From: a virus
Taxonomy: Duplodnaviria; Heunggongvirae; Uroviricota; Caudoviricetes
Virus record (IMG/VR): IMGVR_UViG_643348551_000006
Coordinates: 1-48,119 of that record
Direction: 5' to 3' (one strand)
DNA: 48,119 bases
Part shown: piece by piece, positions 29,964-38,023 of the stretch
How positions within the stretch are numbered: the stretch's first letter is position 1
Layout of the letters: every line of letters begins with the position of its first letter
Program-made: the position numbers and the translations under genes
The notes under the pieces: model-generated
Database searches by the model: none
Told to the model about the DNA's origin: nothing
What the model saw: only the letters and a program-made list of their open reading frames with translations

Positions 29964-30221
29964 CGTGACTTTTCCTTTTAGTGGGTGAGCCTGCGCCCGG
30001 GGGTGACCAGCCCACAGAGAAAGTCACACTGACCATCCCGTAAGCTCACCCCTGAAAGGCTCTGTGGTTTTTGATGTGCGCCGGGCGTGGCGCAAAGAAA
30101 TGAAATAAGACTTACCTGAAATTAAGGTTAATCTGAGGATTTAAACCATTTTTAAAGCTTAGTAATATCAACTCGTCTCCTGAAGGAGACAGATACTTAT
30201 GATTCTTCATGGACTTTGTCC

Positions 30222-30255
30222 CGCGGCGTTAATCCGACGGCCGCGCTTTTTTTGC
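30222..30255 (+). terminator. Plus-strand rho-independent terminator in the Q-lysis intergenic region
   Basis: CGCGGC-(12 nt loop)-GCCGCG followed by CTTTTTTT; preceded by hairpin GTCTCC-TGAA-GGAGAC and a candidate promoter TTTAAA-17-TAATAT. Confidence 0.4.
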
Positions 30256-30339
30256 GCCATATTCATCGCTAACTTACATGGCATTGCCACACGGGCATTA
30301 TCAGTGTCCGTGTTTCTTTTTTTAGGATTCAGAATAAAA

Positions 30340-30365
30340 AAAACCGCCCGGTGGAGGCGGTAAAG
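30340..30365 (-). terminator. Rho-independent terminator (minus strand) downstream of the tRNA-like element
   Basis: Minus strand CCGCCTCCACCGGGCGG followed by TTTTTTTT. Confidence 0.5.
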
Positions 30366-30628
30366 GATGTATTTCCAGGTTTTGCTTAATATATGAATAA
30401 TCTCAATGTCATGGTGTTATTTACAACACCAGAATGATGCATCACCGACCCTGCCAGGAAATATAAAATCTCCGCCGAAAATGCACCATTCTGCTGCCGT
30501 AAAAAAATCAGCACTGCGGCTACACCCGACCCCAAATCATAGCCAGAGAACAGAATGTTTTTAACAATCTACCCCCACGTAATAAAAAAATACGTCAGTG
30601 CCGTCACTATAAGGCGTATTTCAAATGT

Positions 30629-30704
<76 letters not shown>

Positions 30705-30835
30705 TTTTATTGCCACATCCGTAACAACAGTCGACAGGAATAATATACATTCAGAATCAGCCGCCTTAGCTAATTGTGCAACCATCTGCTCTTTGCAAGT
30801 GCACTTAACGTCCTGCGCCACTTTTCAGGCATAAA

Positions 30836-30900
30836 AAAACCCGCTCAGTGGCGGGATCTTTTGATAAAAACGACAAAGGCACCATTAAGGTGCCTTTTAC
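30836..30900 (-). terminator. Tandem terminator hairpins (minus strand)
   Basis: GGCACC-TTAAT-GGTGCC then TTTGTCGTTTTT, then CCCGCCACTGAGCGGG then TTTTTTT. The second hairpin is a near-identical copy of the terminator at 31553..31585. Confidence 0.5.
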
Positions 30901-30974
30901 ACAGGGGCAGCAGGCTTGTCATCACCTCATCGCTACTCCTGGCTTCCTGTTCGGAAGTCTCACAAGTCCCATCA

Positions 30975-31010
30975 GGGTACAGCGACAGTATCAGCCAACA
31001 CACTATGTGT
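30975..31010 (-). promoter_or_regulatory. Sigma70-like promoter candidate (TTGACA - 17 nt - GATACT) about 110 nt upstream of the tandem terminators
   Basis: Perfect -35 hexamer and 4/6 -10 on the minus strand; function unverified. Confidence 0.35.
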
Positions 31011-31014
31011 GTCA

Positions 31015-31050
31015 ATATAAATTCATATCGAATTCGATAATCGTTTTCGA
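31015..31050. repeat. Cluster of nested perfect palindromes (TATCGAATTCGATA / TCGATAATCG-TTTT-CGATTATCGA / TATCGATA) just downstream of the MazF-like stop
   Basis: Read directly from the sequence; candidate operator or hairpin. Confidence 0.6.
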
Positions 31051-31452
31051 TTATCGATACAGATAAGCCATCCCTATCCCGTGCAATACCGCCCGTTTAA
31101 TATTCTCAAACTCATCTTCCGCAATCATAGGAACAATATAATTTCGTCCCTCCCAGGTTCTGGTTTTTATGCGATCCAGTCGGCTCAATGAAACCGTCAT
31201 CAACATGTCACATTTTACCCAGCAAGTAATATGCTCATTACCAGGTATGGGGTTTTCTGATAACTCATGATGGCAATCTCTGCGAGGGAGCGGTTCAGTA
31301 GTGCTTATTGGTACCACTGTTACCAATTGATTGTTGTGCCTGTTTCTGGACACGACCACCACTGGCCTGATCTTGACTATTTCCGGAACAACCATTCCCC
31401 GAAAATCACACATTAAAACAGAACGAACAGACGGCTGATACTTTAATACCAT
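31051..31452 (-). CDS. MazF/PemK-family endoribonuclease-like protein (toxin homologue) with no adjacent antitoxin gene; start at MVLKYQPS
   Basis: MVLKYQPSVRSVLMCDFRG...KIRPVVVVS...LVTVVPISTT...CWVKCDMLMTVSLSRLD aligns with MazF (MVSRYVPDMGDLIWVDFDP...HRPAVVLS...) and Kid/PemK (TRPVLIVT...LPVVVPVTSG...VVRCDQPRTID). The track ORF extends 26 codons further upstream. Confidence 0.7.
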   Translation of the reverse strand: MVLKYQPSVRSVLMCDFRGMVVPEIVKIRPVVVVSRNRHNNQLVTVVPISTTEPLPRRDCHHELSENPIPGNEHITCWVKCDMLMTVSLSRLDRIKTRTWEGRNYIVPMIAEDEFENIKRAVLHGIGMAYLYR

Positions 31453-31552
31453 AAATCTCTTTGCCTGATAATGACGACTTGTGAACTCCACTACAAACAA
31501 AATGATTCTGCTGAACAGGCAGTTTCGCACTATACATTATAACCTGTTAAGC

Positions 31553-31585
31553 CAACAAAAAAACCCGCTCGGCGGCGGGATTTGC
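31553..31585 (-). terminator. tR'-like rho-independent terminator about 65 nt downstream of the putative Q stop
   Basis: Minus strand CCCGCCGCCGAGCGGG followed by TTTTTTTG. Confidence 0.5.
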
Positions 31586-31632
31586 TTACTTTGCCATCGA
31601 GTACAAAATCGGCAAAATATCAGATTTGCACG

Positions 31633-31661
31633 AAATATATGCCTTTTAATCTACTTTTGCA
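31633..31661 (-). promoter_or_regulatory. PR'-like late promoter candidate overlapping the 3' end of the putative Q gene (TTGCAA - 17 nt - TATATT)
   Basis: Good sigma70 hexamers with 17-nt spacer; with the terminator it would give a ~70-nt leader RNA, analogous to lambda PR'-6S-tR'. Confidence 0.4.
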
Positions 31662-32341
31662 ACACTTTGCTTTGAAAATGCCGTCTTTTGTTCTGAACGT
31701 GTTCTCATCACAAACAATAAAGCCTCACTATCCAGCCGGTGGAAAATGTGTTTCATTGCAACCCAGTGACCAGTAAATGTTTTGGACCAGTTTTTAGTTG
31801 TCACTCCCGCCAGTAATGCCAGTTCCTGATATTCATAAGTTTCACGCCCAGCTAGCTCACTCTTCACATCCTGTGCCGCCAGCCAGATTAATTTTTTCAG
31901 GCGCTCCCGTGTTTTCTCCGCAATTTTTCTGGTACCAGATTGCGCGTTAAATTCATTCCACGCCCACTGTGTTATCGCAATCTGGTGTTCCCAGCAAATG
32001 CTGCCGCTGTAACACCACAGCAACCAGGCTTTATGGTGTTCTTCAAGAGACAGAACCGCCCGTCGCCATGATGATGTCGAAAACTCAACCTGACTTACCA
32101 GAGGAATTGACGTCTTCTTTGCCAGCGATTGTTTCCCCGGGATTGGTGGATTATCCAGCGTGATCATTTTTCCGGTCACTTCATCGCGGTACCGGATTTT
32201 TTTACGCCTGTAACGCCCGGTATCAAACATGGCATTCTCCTGCCAGGCTTCAAGCTGACCTTTTGTTGCTCCACTCAAATCGGCGGTGGCGATAATGAGC
32301 TGTTCACGCACAAACTGTAAATACTGGTTATTCATGCGCAC
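31646..32341 (-). CDS. Putative late-gene antiterminator Q (assigned by position between rusA and the PR'/tR'-like elements)
   Basis: 231 aa; no motif recognised by eye. Call rests on the conserved lambdoid order rusA - Q - PR' - lysis. Confidence 0.45.
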   Translation of the reverse strand: MRMNNQYLQFVREQLIIATADLSGATKGQLEAWQENAMFDTGRYRRKKIRYRDEVTGKMITLDNPPIPGKQSLAKKTSIPLVSQVEFSTSSWRRAVLSLEEHHKAWLLWCYSGSICWEHQIAITQWAWNEFNAQSGTRKIAEKTRERLKKLIWLAAQDVKSELAGRETYEYQELALLAGVTTKNWSKTFTGHWVAMKHIFHRLDSEALLFVMRTRSEQKTAFSKQSVAKVD

Positions 32342-32697
32342 TCCAGCCCTGTGATTTTTATCCCCAACCGACCACCAGGAACGACCTGACCGCGCACAAT
32401 ATTGATTTCATCAAACTGCTCGTCGTCGATAAGCAACCCCGCATGTGTCAGTGCATCCAGTGGTGCTTTCAGGATATTGTCCAGGTCACGACGGCGCTTA
32501 TCCGGCGGCTCTGCAGTAATTTTTATTGCCAGCCTTCCGGACAGGTTTAATTTCAGCCGCTGCTGGCGAACAATTAGCGCCACATCACGGCGATAACGCT
32601 TTCCGGCTTCCGAGATGAAATACGTATTGCCATGACGTCGCCAGTAGGTATTCACCGTTGGCGGGTAAGGCAAAACAAATTCTATGCGTTCGGTCAT
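32332..32697 (-). CDS. rusA: Holliday-junction resolvase RusA
   Basis: 121 aa MTERIEFVLPYPPTVNTYWRRHGN...PDKRRRDLDNILKAPLDALTHAGLLIDDEQ matches RusA (...PWPPSNNRYY...[20 protein letters not shown]...). Confidence 0.9.
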   Translation of the reverse strand: MTERIEFVLPYPPTVNTYWRRHGNTYFISEAGKRYRRDVALIVRQQRLKLNLSGRLAIKITAEPPDKRRRDLDNILKAPLDALTHAGLLIDDEQFDEINIVRGQVVPGGRLGIKITGLECA

Positions 32698-33882
32698 TCA
32701 TGCTTTCCACTTCAGGACACCCGAATTTCTCGCGTGCATTAAAAAACGAATCAGCAACAACAGCTGGCTGCCGTGTTTTTCTTCAAAATCTTTTACCCCG
32801 GCGTGCAGTTCGTTATGACATTTACGGCACAGCGGAATAACAAACAAATCATCAGCCTTTGTTCCCATCCCTCCCAGTCCATGACCAATGATGTGATGCG
32901 GATCATCTGCCTGATTACCGCACGTCATGCATTTCTGCGTTTTTACCCAATGCGTGTATACAGGCATCTCTTCCCGTTGTGGTTTCTGGCGCTGGAGATA
33001 CTGAGCCGGTGACTCCGGATCAACGGCAATGCTGACCACCGTCTTTTCCTGTGGCAGGCTCTGTTGCTGGTGGACGTGAGGCGGTAGCACAATATTTTTT
33101 GTGCGCTGCTTCAGTATGCTGGTGGCTGTCTGCTCTCCCGGTACGATGTCGCTTTCGCGGTACAAGGAGCGGATTTTTTCCACACGTAACCCCAGAGAAC
33201 GACGTAATACTGCCTCCGGTAGCGCGTCCGCCACCTGATTGCAGACCGCCCACCAGGATAATTCAGCCAGCGATAATTCCCGCTCCTGCGTGCCATTCAT
33301 TGCATGGCGTATGACGTCAGTCATCCATGCTGACAGGTTTTGATGAGCAAGTTGCCCGAGTGATTCGGAGGTCTGGTCACGCAGCTGGTTGTCGCAGTGC
33401 CAGCACAACACCATCGCGCCGGTACCATAACGATGTATGACGGTTTCGCTGTGATGGTAGTCACCATGAGGCCACTGGCAGGATTTAACATGACGCAGGA
33501 GCCAGTCAGACAGTGCACCAGCGCCGCCGGCAGCACGAATCACCCGCTCATCGCTGAAAAATGGCAGTAATGATTTATCCTCCGCCAGCGGCTGGCGAAC
33601 GGCAGGAACAACTCCGGATGGCAGACCTCGCATGCTTTTGGGTTCCGGCTCCACCAGCACTCGAGGGTTATGAAATACCTGCATGGATTCACGGCCCGGC
33701 TTTAGCACCACCAGCCCAAGTTCCGGTACCAGAACAGGTCGAAGCAATACCCGCACGTTACCTCCAGATCCGTTGCTGGAATGTGCGGGACGGACGCGGT
33801 GGGCGTTCAGAGTAAGGCAGTCTGACTGAGATGATCCAGTGTCGGAAGTCGAGGCTGAGGTCTTTCTGAAACTCGTAACCAC
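32698..33882 (-). CDS. nin-region protein; C-terminal ~90 aa carries a DUF1364/YbcO-like Cys/His motif; N-terminal extent and true start uncertain
   Basis: C-terminus ...CMTCGNQADDPHHIIGHGLGGMGTKADDLFVIPLCRKCHNELH resembles the YbcO-type protein found next to rusA in DLP12. The 394-aa ORF overlaps the upstream ORF by ~125 nt, so the real start is probably internal (about 33684 or 33633) or two genes are fused. Confidence 0.5.
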   Translation of the reverse strand: MVTSFRKTSASTSDTGSSQSDCLTLNAHRVRPAHSSNGSGGNVRVLLRPVLVPELGLVVLKPGRESMQVFHNPRVLVEPEPKSMRGLPSGVVPAVRQPLAEDKSLLPFFSDERVIRAAGGAGALSDWLLRHVKSCQWPHGDYHHSETVIHRYGTGAMVLCWHCDNQLRDQTSESLGQLAHQNLSAWMTDVIRHAMNGTQERELSLAELSWWAVCNQVADALPEAVLRRSLGLRVEKIRSLYRESDIVPGEQTATSILKQRTKNIVLPPHVHQQQSLPQEKTVVSIAVDPESPAQYLQRQKPQREEMPVYTHWVKTQKCMTCGNQADDPHHIIGHGLGGMGTKADDLFVIPLCRKCHNELHAGVKDFEEKHGSQLLLLIRFLMHARNSGVLKWKA

Positions 33883-34030
33883 GTCTGCGGTAGTTCTGAA
33901 TCAGCCATTCGGCCTGTTCTTCAGTGCATGGATCATGCTGGAACCAGTCAGATTTGAATGCATGAGAACGCCGCCCGTGCCTGCTGGCAAGGTCGGTATC
34001 AGAATTGTGATGTTTGGTATTGTGCGCCAT
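33758..34030 (-). CDS. Hypothetical protein (~90 aa from MAHNTKHH)
   Basis: ORF-track ORF in operon orientation; no recognisable motif. Confidence 0.3.
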   Translation of the reverse strand: MAHNTKHHNSDTDLASRHGRRSHAFKSDWFQHDPCTEEQAEWLIQNYRRRGYEFQKDLSLDFRHWIISVRLPYSERPPRPSRTFQQRIWR

Positions 34031-34196
34031 CGGTTTTCTCTGCTGGCGCAGCAGGTGCCAGTTGTTCAGGCTGGCCTGTGGATTGTAAACCAGAATACGT
34101 AAAACAAAAATCCCGCCGAAGCGGGTTAAGCGCGGGTGCGTTGAGGATGCCGACACATCAGAGGTGGCGGGAGATTACTCTCCCGCCTGGTCACTC

Positions 34197-34352
34197 TTAC
34201 TTCTCAGATTCGTAGTCTACGAAGACAGCAACCTCCGTCTGGCCGGTTCGGATTCGTACCTCGCAGAGGTCTTTCCTCGTTACCAGTGCCGTCACTATGA
34301 CGGTTAAACAGATGACGATCAGGGCGATTAACATCGCCTTTTGCTGCTTCAT
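34197..34352 (-). CDS. hokD: Hok/Gef-family type I toxin (51 aa)
   Basis: MKQQKAMLIALIVICLTVIVTALVTRKDLCEVRIRTGQTEVAVF..., near-identical to E. coli HokD/HokC; in-frame upstream extension to 34409 resembles a mok-type leader. Confidence 0.8.
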   Translation of the reverse strand: MKQQKAMLIALIVICLTVIVTALVTRKDLCEVRIRTGQTEVAVFVDYESEK

Positions 34353-34480
34353 AGCCTGCTTCTCCTTGCCTTTCGGCACGTAAGAGGCTAACCTGATGTT
34401 GTCATGCATAGGGAGCCTCAGATTAATGTTAAGCGTCTTGCAGGACGCGTAATGTTAACTGGGGCTTTTCTCTATCTGCC
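34353..34480 (-). promoter_or_regulatory. hok leader region (expected mok start, Sok antisense RNA target, fold-back structure)
   Basis: Inverted repeat TCTATCTGCC...GGCAGATAGCC in the 5' leader. By analogy with hok/sok loci; Sok promoter not pinpointed. Confidence 0.35.
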
Positions 34481-34641
34481 TTTTGGTGTTCATGCCTGAG
34501 GCAGATAGCCTCAAGCACCCGCAGCAATTCTACTTAACTCTCCTTTTCCCGCAAACCGTTTTTATCCCCAGCGGCAAATCGAATACACCACCAGCGCCAC
34601 CGCCATCGCAATTCCTACCGTTGTGAATGCTTCAGGCCAGG

Positions 34642-35229
34642 TCATTGATTCACCTCCCGCGGTGGTTCCGGTAGCGGCATCCAGTGAGTTGCCTGCTCAA
34701 TACCATTACCCGGCTTAATCGTTGCATCTCCTCGCCGGAATGTGCTTCCGGTATAGCGTGCGGAGCATATTAGCGGTTCAACCAGAGAGCTATCGAAATT
34801 CACCGAAATAAGCACGTTCTGGTTCTTTTCCGGCATTCGCTCACTACAGCTTATCCAGCCATCCGTAGTTACCGGAGGGGTGCCCGATAACGCGGTCTGC
34901 TCCAGTGATGCTTTTACAAACCACGCGGCCTGAACTATTACGTCATGAATCCAGCGCAAATCAGCCTCGCGATCTTTCTTTTTCATCTTTTCGCCACTTA
35001 AAGCCTGGCTTATGTGGCTGCGAACCAGGTTTTCATGTAATTCCTTCGCATCCTCAATGGTGAAACCACCAGGCAGGCAAGCCGGAGTTACCGGAGAGTT
35101 GCCAGCCTTACGCATGGCCATTTCCACAATTCCAACCATATCTCCTGGTGGAATTTTACAAAGTTGCCCAATACATTTCTGCTGCCTGGCATATTCGAGA
35201 ATGTGCTCCAGTTTGGTTCGATTAATCAT
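34642..35229 (-). CDS. DUF551-domain phage protein
   Basis: C-terminal ...WISCSERMPEKNQNVLISVNF...ATHWMPLPEPP typical of DUF551 prophage proteins. Confidence 0.55.
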   Translation of the reverse strand: MINRTKLEHILEYARQQKCIGQLCKIPPGDMVGIVEMAMRKAGNSPVTPACLPGGFTIEDAKELHENLVRSHISQALSGEKMKKKDREADLRWIHDVIVQAAWFVKASLEQTALSGTPPVTTDGWISCSERMPEKNQNVLISVNFDSSLVEPLICSARYTGSTFRRGDATIKPGNGIEQATHWMPLPEPPREVNQ

Positions 35230-35642
35230 TATTTATCTCCCTTAAGCATGGCGGCGCGGCAGGCGTTCCAACCATCAGCATATGTTTCAGTTACACCGTC
35301 GAGATGGCAGGTAAGCAAATCCATTTCATCAGGCACTACCATCGCTGGCGGCGCTGCGTAAAGCGGTGTTATTTCTGCCCGAAAATCACCGACTTTATGC
35401 AGTCGCACCCACCGTTCGGCTTCTGCTTTGTCAGAATACATAGCGGTGAACGTATTATATTCATGGTCAATTTGCGTGAAGGTTGCCTTCCACGCCACCG
35501 GTTCTACTTCCAGCGATGCCAGCGCGATACGAAACACATTAGCAAGCAGGCTGTCTGAAGATTGGTTATCGTGCGCCGCGTCGCTCAGGAAACCAGTGAT
35601 GAATGATTTAATCTCCGCGTTTTCTCTGGTAATAGTGGTCAT
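35229..35642 (-). CDS. Hypothetical nin-region protein (137 aa)
   Basis: ORF in operon orientation, abutting neighbours without gaps. Confidence 0.5.
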   Translation of the reverse strand: MTTITRENAEIKSFITGFLSDAAHDNQSSDSLLANVFRIALASLEVEPVAWKATFTQIDHEYNTFTAMYSDKAEAERWVRLHKVGDFRAEITPLYAAPPAMVVPDEMDLLTCHLDGVTETYADGWNACRAAMLKGDK

Positions 35643-35653
35643 ATCACTCTCCT

Positions 35654-36025
35654 TTAGTACGCAAGTGATTTTTCCAGCGGTTTTGCTCTCCTGCGCTCTT
35701 CCCCAAGCGCATAACGTGCTTCTACCGGGTCTTTGTCTTCATATTCATAATTGACGCTTTTAACCATCGCTACACAGCACTCATTGCAGCATCTATAGGA
35801 CATAAGCTCGCCGTCAAATTTCCATGTTGTGCTGCGGTGTACTTCACCCTTTGAAATTTTTCCGGCGCATATGTGGCATGTATATTCACCGCGAGAGGTA
35901 ACGATTTTATTCGATAACTCAATATCGAATGGCGCACCAAAATCACCTTCAAAAAGATAAAAATCCAGAGCGTCTCCTAAATCTTGTTTACTGTATCTCC
36001 GCTGCTCATGGGTAGTAATAGTCAT
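35654..36025 (-). CDS. Hypothetical Cys-rich (zinc-finger-like) protein; start inferred at MTITTHEQ
   Basis: CHIC...CCNECC motif; internal ATG sits 1 nt after the upstream gene's stop. Confidence 0.45.
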   Translation of the reverse strand: MTITTHEQRRYSKQDLGDALDFYLFEGDFGAPFDIELSNKIVTSRGEYTCHICAGKISKGEVHRSTTWKFDGELMSYRCCNECCVAMVKSVNYEYEDKDPVEARYALGEERRRAKPLEKSLAY

Positions 36026-36026
36026 A

Positions 36027-36245
36027 TCAGTTTTCCTTATACGGATTAATTTTATTGTGCAGTGTATTGAACGACGCCCATACCACGTCGTTATACAATT
36101 CAATAACGGGCTCAATTATTTTCCCGATAAACCAGACCAGTAATAGCGGGGATATCGGTATCATCAACACGATAAACAGAATGAGAAACAGAAATTCTGT
36201 CGCTCTACTTTTTCGCGGATATTCTTTTCTGAATAATGTAGTCAT
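36027..36245 (-). CDS. Small membrane protein (72 aa)
   Basis: Hydrophobic core FLFLILFIVLMIPISPLLLVWFIGKII. Confidence 0.4.
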   Translation of the reverse strand: MTTLFRKEYPRKSRATEFLFLILFIVLMIPISPLLLVWFIGKIIEPVIELYNDVVWASFNTLHNKINPYKEN

Positions 36246-36277
36246 TTCTTACCGCCCTTTCGGGCGGCCTCCTGACA

Positions 36278-36490
36278 TTAATCGTTGTAATAACTCATAG
36301 CTTCATTTGCAGCATCAACTGGATCAACATCCCACCAGCAATAATTTGGCTCGACTCCTTCAGGTGTCCACGGTTCTAATTCATTTTTTGCCGCATTCTC
36401 GTCGCCAGTAATTTTAAAAATCTGCTCAGAAAATTTCCTCACCCACTCGTTATATTTTTCCGTATTAATGGTTTTCTGTGTATTTAACAT
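36278..36490 (-). CDS. Hypothetical protein (70 aa)
   Basis: ORF-track ORF in operon orientation. Confidence 0.4.
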   Translation of the reverse strand: MLNTQKTINTEKYNEWVRKFSEQIFKITGDENAAKNELEPWTPEGVEPNYCWWDVDPVDAANEAMSYYND

Positions 36491-36540
36491 AGATATACCT
36501 CCAGTTAAGGATTTGATTTTATTTACAGTGCTAAATTTAT

Positions 36541-36898
36541 TTATTCAGTTCTGGATTTTGTCGCCCTGCGTATCCGCGCTTTCGCGTTACGCTCAATCTG
36601 AATTAACTTTTCTATATTTTTCCGCCTTTCCTGCTCCTCCTGGCGCAATAGCCTTACATCATCTGCCAGTCTGGTTTCTCTTTTCGCTACTGAGAGCATC
36701 CAGTCAAACGGCTCCACAACTGCACCGCAGATTTTACAGCGGACCTGACGCTCTTTTTCGTCAACCCGGACAGAAGCGTGATGGCAATATGGTCTTTCCG
36801 ATGGCTCATAAAGAAAATTAACCTGATTACGTGGGTCATCCTCTTTTACCGGAAATAAAACAATATTACTTAACTCATCTTCTGGTTTTATTTCCACG
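36541..36898 (-). CDS. Hypothetical zinc-ribbon protein; start inferred at GTG preceded by AAGGAG
   Basis: CHH...CKIC motif; minus strand AAAGGAGAGTGAcGTGGAAATAAAA gives a strong SD before a GTG placed 2 nt after the Ead-like stop. The track ORF extends to 36978. Confidence 0.4.
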
Positions 36899-37456
36899 TC
36901 ACTCTCCTTTGATGCGAACGCCAGCGACGCGTGGCACATTAACTTCCACAATGCGCACAGTTGGTTTGTACATCTCAATTGCTGTCAGCCAGTCAGCGCC
37001 GGTCATGCGCTTTTCTGCATCGCCATTAGTCCACTTAACCGGTACACCAATAGCCTTCATCGCGATTTCTATTTCCCCGGCAATGGCGCTTTTTCCGCAA
37101 CCAGTAAAACCAGATACAACGACAAGAACTTCGCCTTTGGCTGGTTTTATTTCCCGTGCTTCCAGTTCTGCAATGCGCTTTTTTGCTGCCTCCAGTTCAT
37201 CCAGTAATGCCAGCACGGTAGCCGGGCTAGCCTCTGCTATGAATTCTGCGTTTGCATAAGCCTGAGCATCTGTTTCAACCAGGCAGTTAACGTGACATTC
37301 TGCAATCACGCCACCGGGTTCTCCTTTCCATTTTTGACAAACAAAAACCCCTGTTAAATTGCCGTGCTGGTTAACAGATGTATGCCCTACGATGTAGTTT
37401 CCTTTAGTTGCTTTCTCTGCCTTTTCACGCAGCGCCTGAAAGTTAATTTCGCTCAC
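36899..37456 (-). CDS. Ead/Ea22-like protein with a Walker A (P-loop) motif
   Basis: N-terminus MSEINFQALREKAEKATKGNY... typical of Ead/Ea22-like prophage proteins; internal VVSGFTGCGKSAIAG matches GxxxxGK[ST]. Confidence 0.55.
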   Translation of the reverse strand: MSEINFQALREKAEKATKGNYIVGHTSVNQHGNLTGVFVCQKWKGEPGGVIAECHVNCLVETDAQAYANAEFIAEASPATVLALLDELEAAKKRIAELEAREIKPAKGEVLVVVSGFTGCGKSAIAGEIEIAMKAIGVPVKWTNGDAEKRMTGADWLTAIEMYKPTVRIVEVNVPRVAGVRIKGE

Positions 37457-37730
37457 TGGTTGCTGCCTCCTGTCGGAACATCACGATCATCAGGCCATCT
37501 TTTGTTGCTACCCTGGCTGTTGTACCAGGCTCTATGCTGCTAAGGTCAAATGCATCGCAGAACTCATCTAACACTTTCTGGCGTCTCTCCTGTTTGCGGC
37601 GCTTTTCCCACTGCCTCAGAAAAACAGAGGTCACCCACTTCCCCGCGCTGAACATGATGTAAAACCAACCAAGCAGGGCCAACCCCGTGTTGAGGGCTGT
37701 ATCAATCGTTATTGTTGTGTCGATATTCAC
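37443..37730 (-). CDS. Small membrane protein (95 aa)
   Basis: TM segment LALLGWFYIMFSAGKWVTSVF followed by a basic stretch. Confidence 0.4.
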   Translation of the reverse strand: MNIDTTITIDTALNTGLALLGWFYIMFSAGKWVTSVFLRQWEKRRKQERRQKVLDEFCDAFDLSSIEPGTTARVATKDGLMIVMFRQEAATSERN

Positions 37731-38023
37731 TGTGTCTTCTCCTGGAAAATAACCGCATGCCCCAGTTTCTCCGCCAGTGCCAATTCTGCCTTAGCACCTG
37801 CTGACCGCTGCCAGCCTTTCAGCATGTAAATCGCATCCACACAACGAATCATTGCCATGCAAATATCCATGTAGTGTGGCTGTGTCAGCCCGTCCGGAAG
37901 TACTGCCGGGTTTAAGACTGTATGCCCTTCCCGTTTCAGTTCCTCTTCCGCCTTGTGGAACGCCTCACGGTTGAAATTTTTATACCCGGTCATTGGACCG
38001 GCGATATAGACTCTCACCCTCAC
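37727..38023 (-). CDS. DUF4406-family protein (nucleoside 2-deoxyribosyltransferase-like fold)
   Basis: MRVRVYIAGPMTGYKNFNREAFHKAEEELKREGHTVLNPAV... matches the DUF4406 N-terminal signature YIAGPMTG. Confidence 0.6.
   Translation of the reverse strand: MRVRVYIAGPMTGYKNFNREAFHKAEEELKREGHTVLNPAVLPDGLTQPHYMDICMAMIRCVDAIYMLKGWQRSAGAKAELALAEKLGHAVIFQEKTQ

Noticed and set aside
31553-31662. Type III (ToxIN-like) toxin-antitoxin reading of promoter - short RNA - terminator - PemK-fold gene
   Set aside because: The ~70-nt leader shows no tandem direct repeats of the ToxI kind, and the promoter and terminator are better explained as PR' and tR' of the Q system; kept only as a remote alternative.
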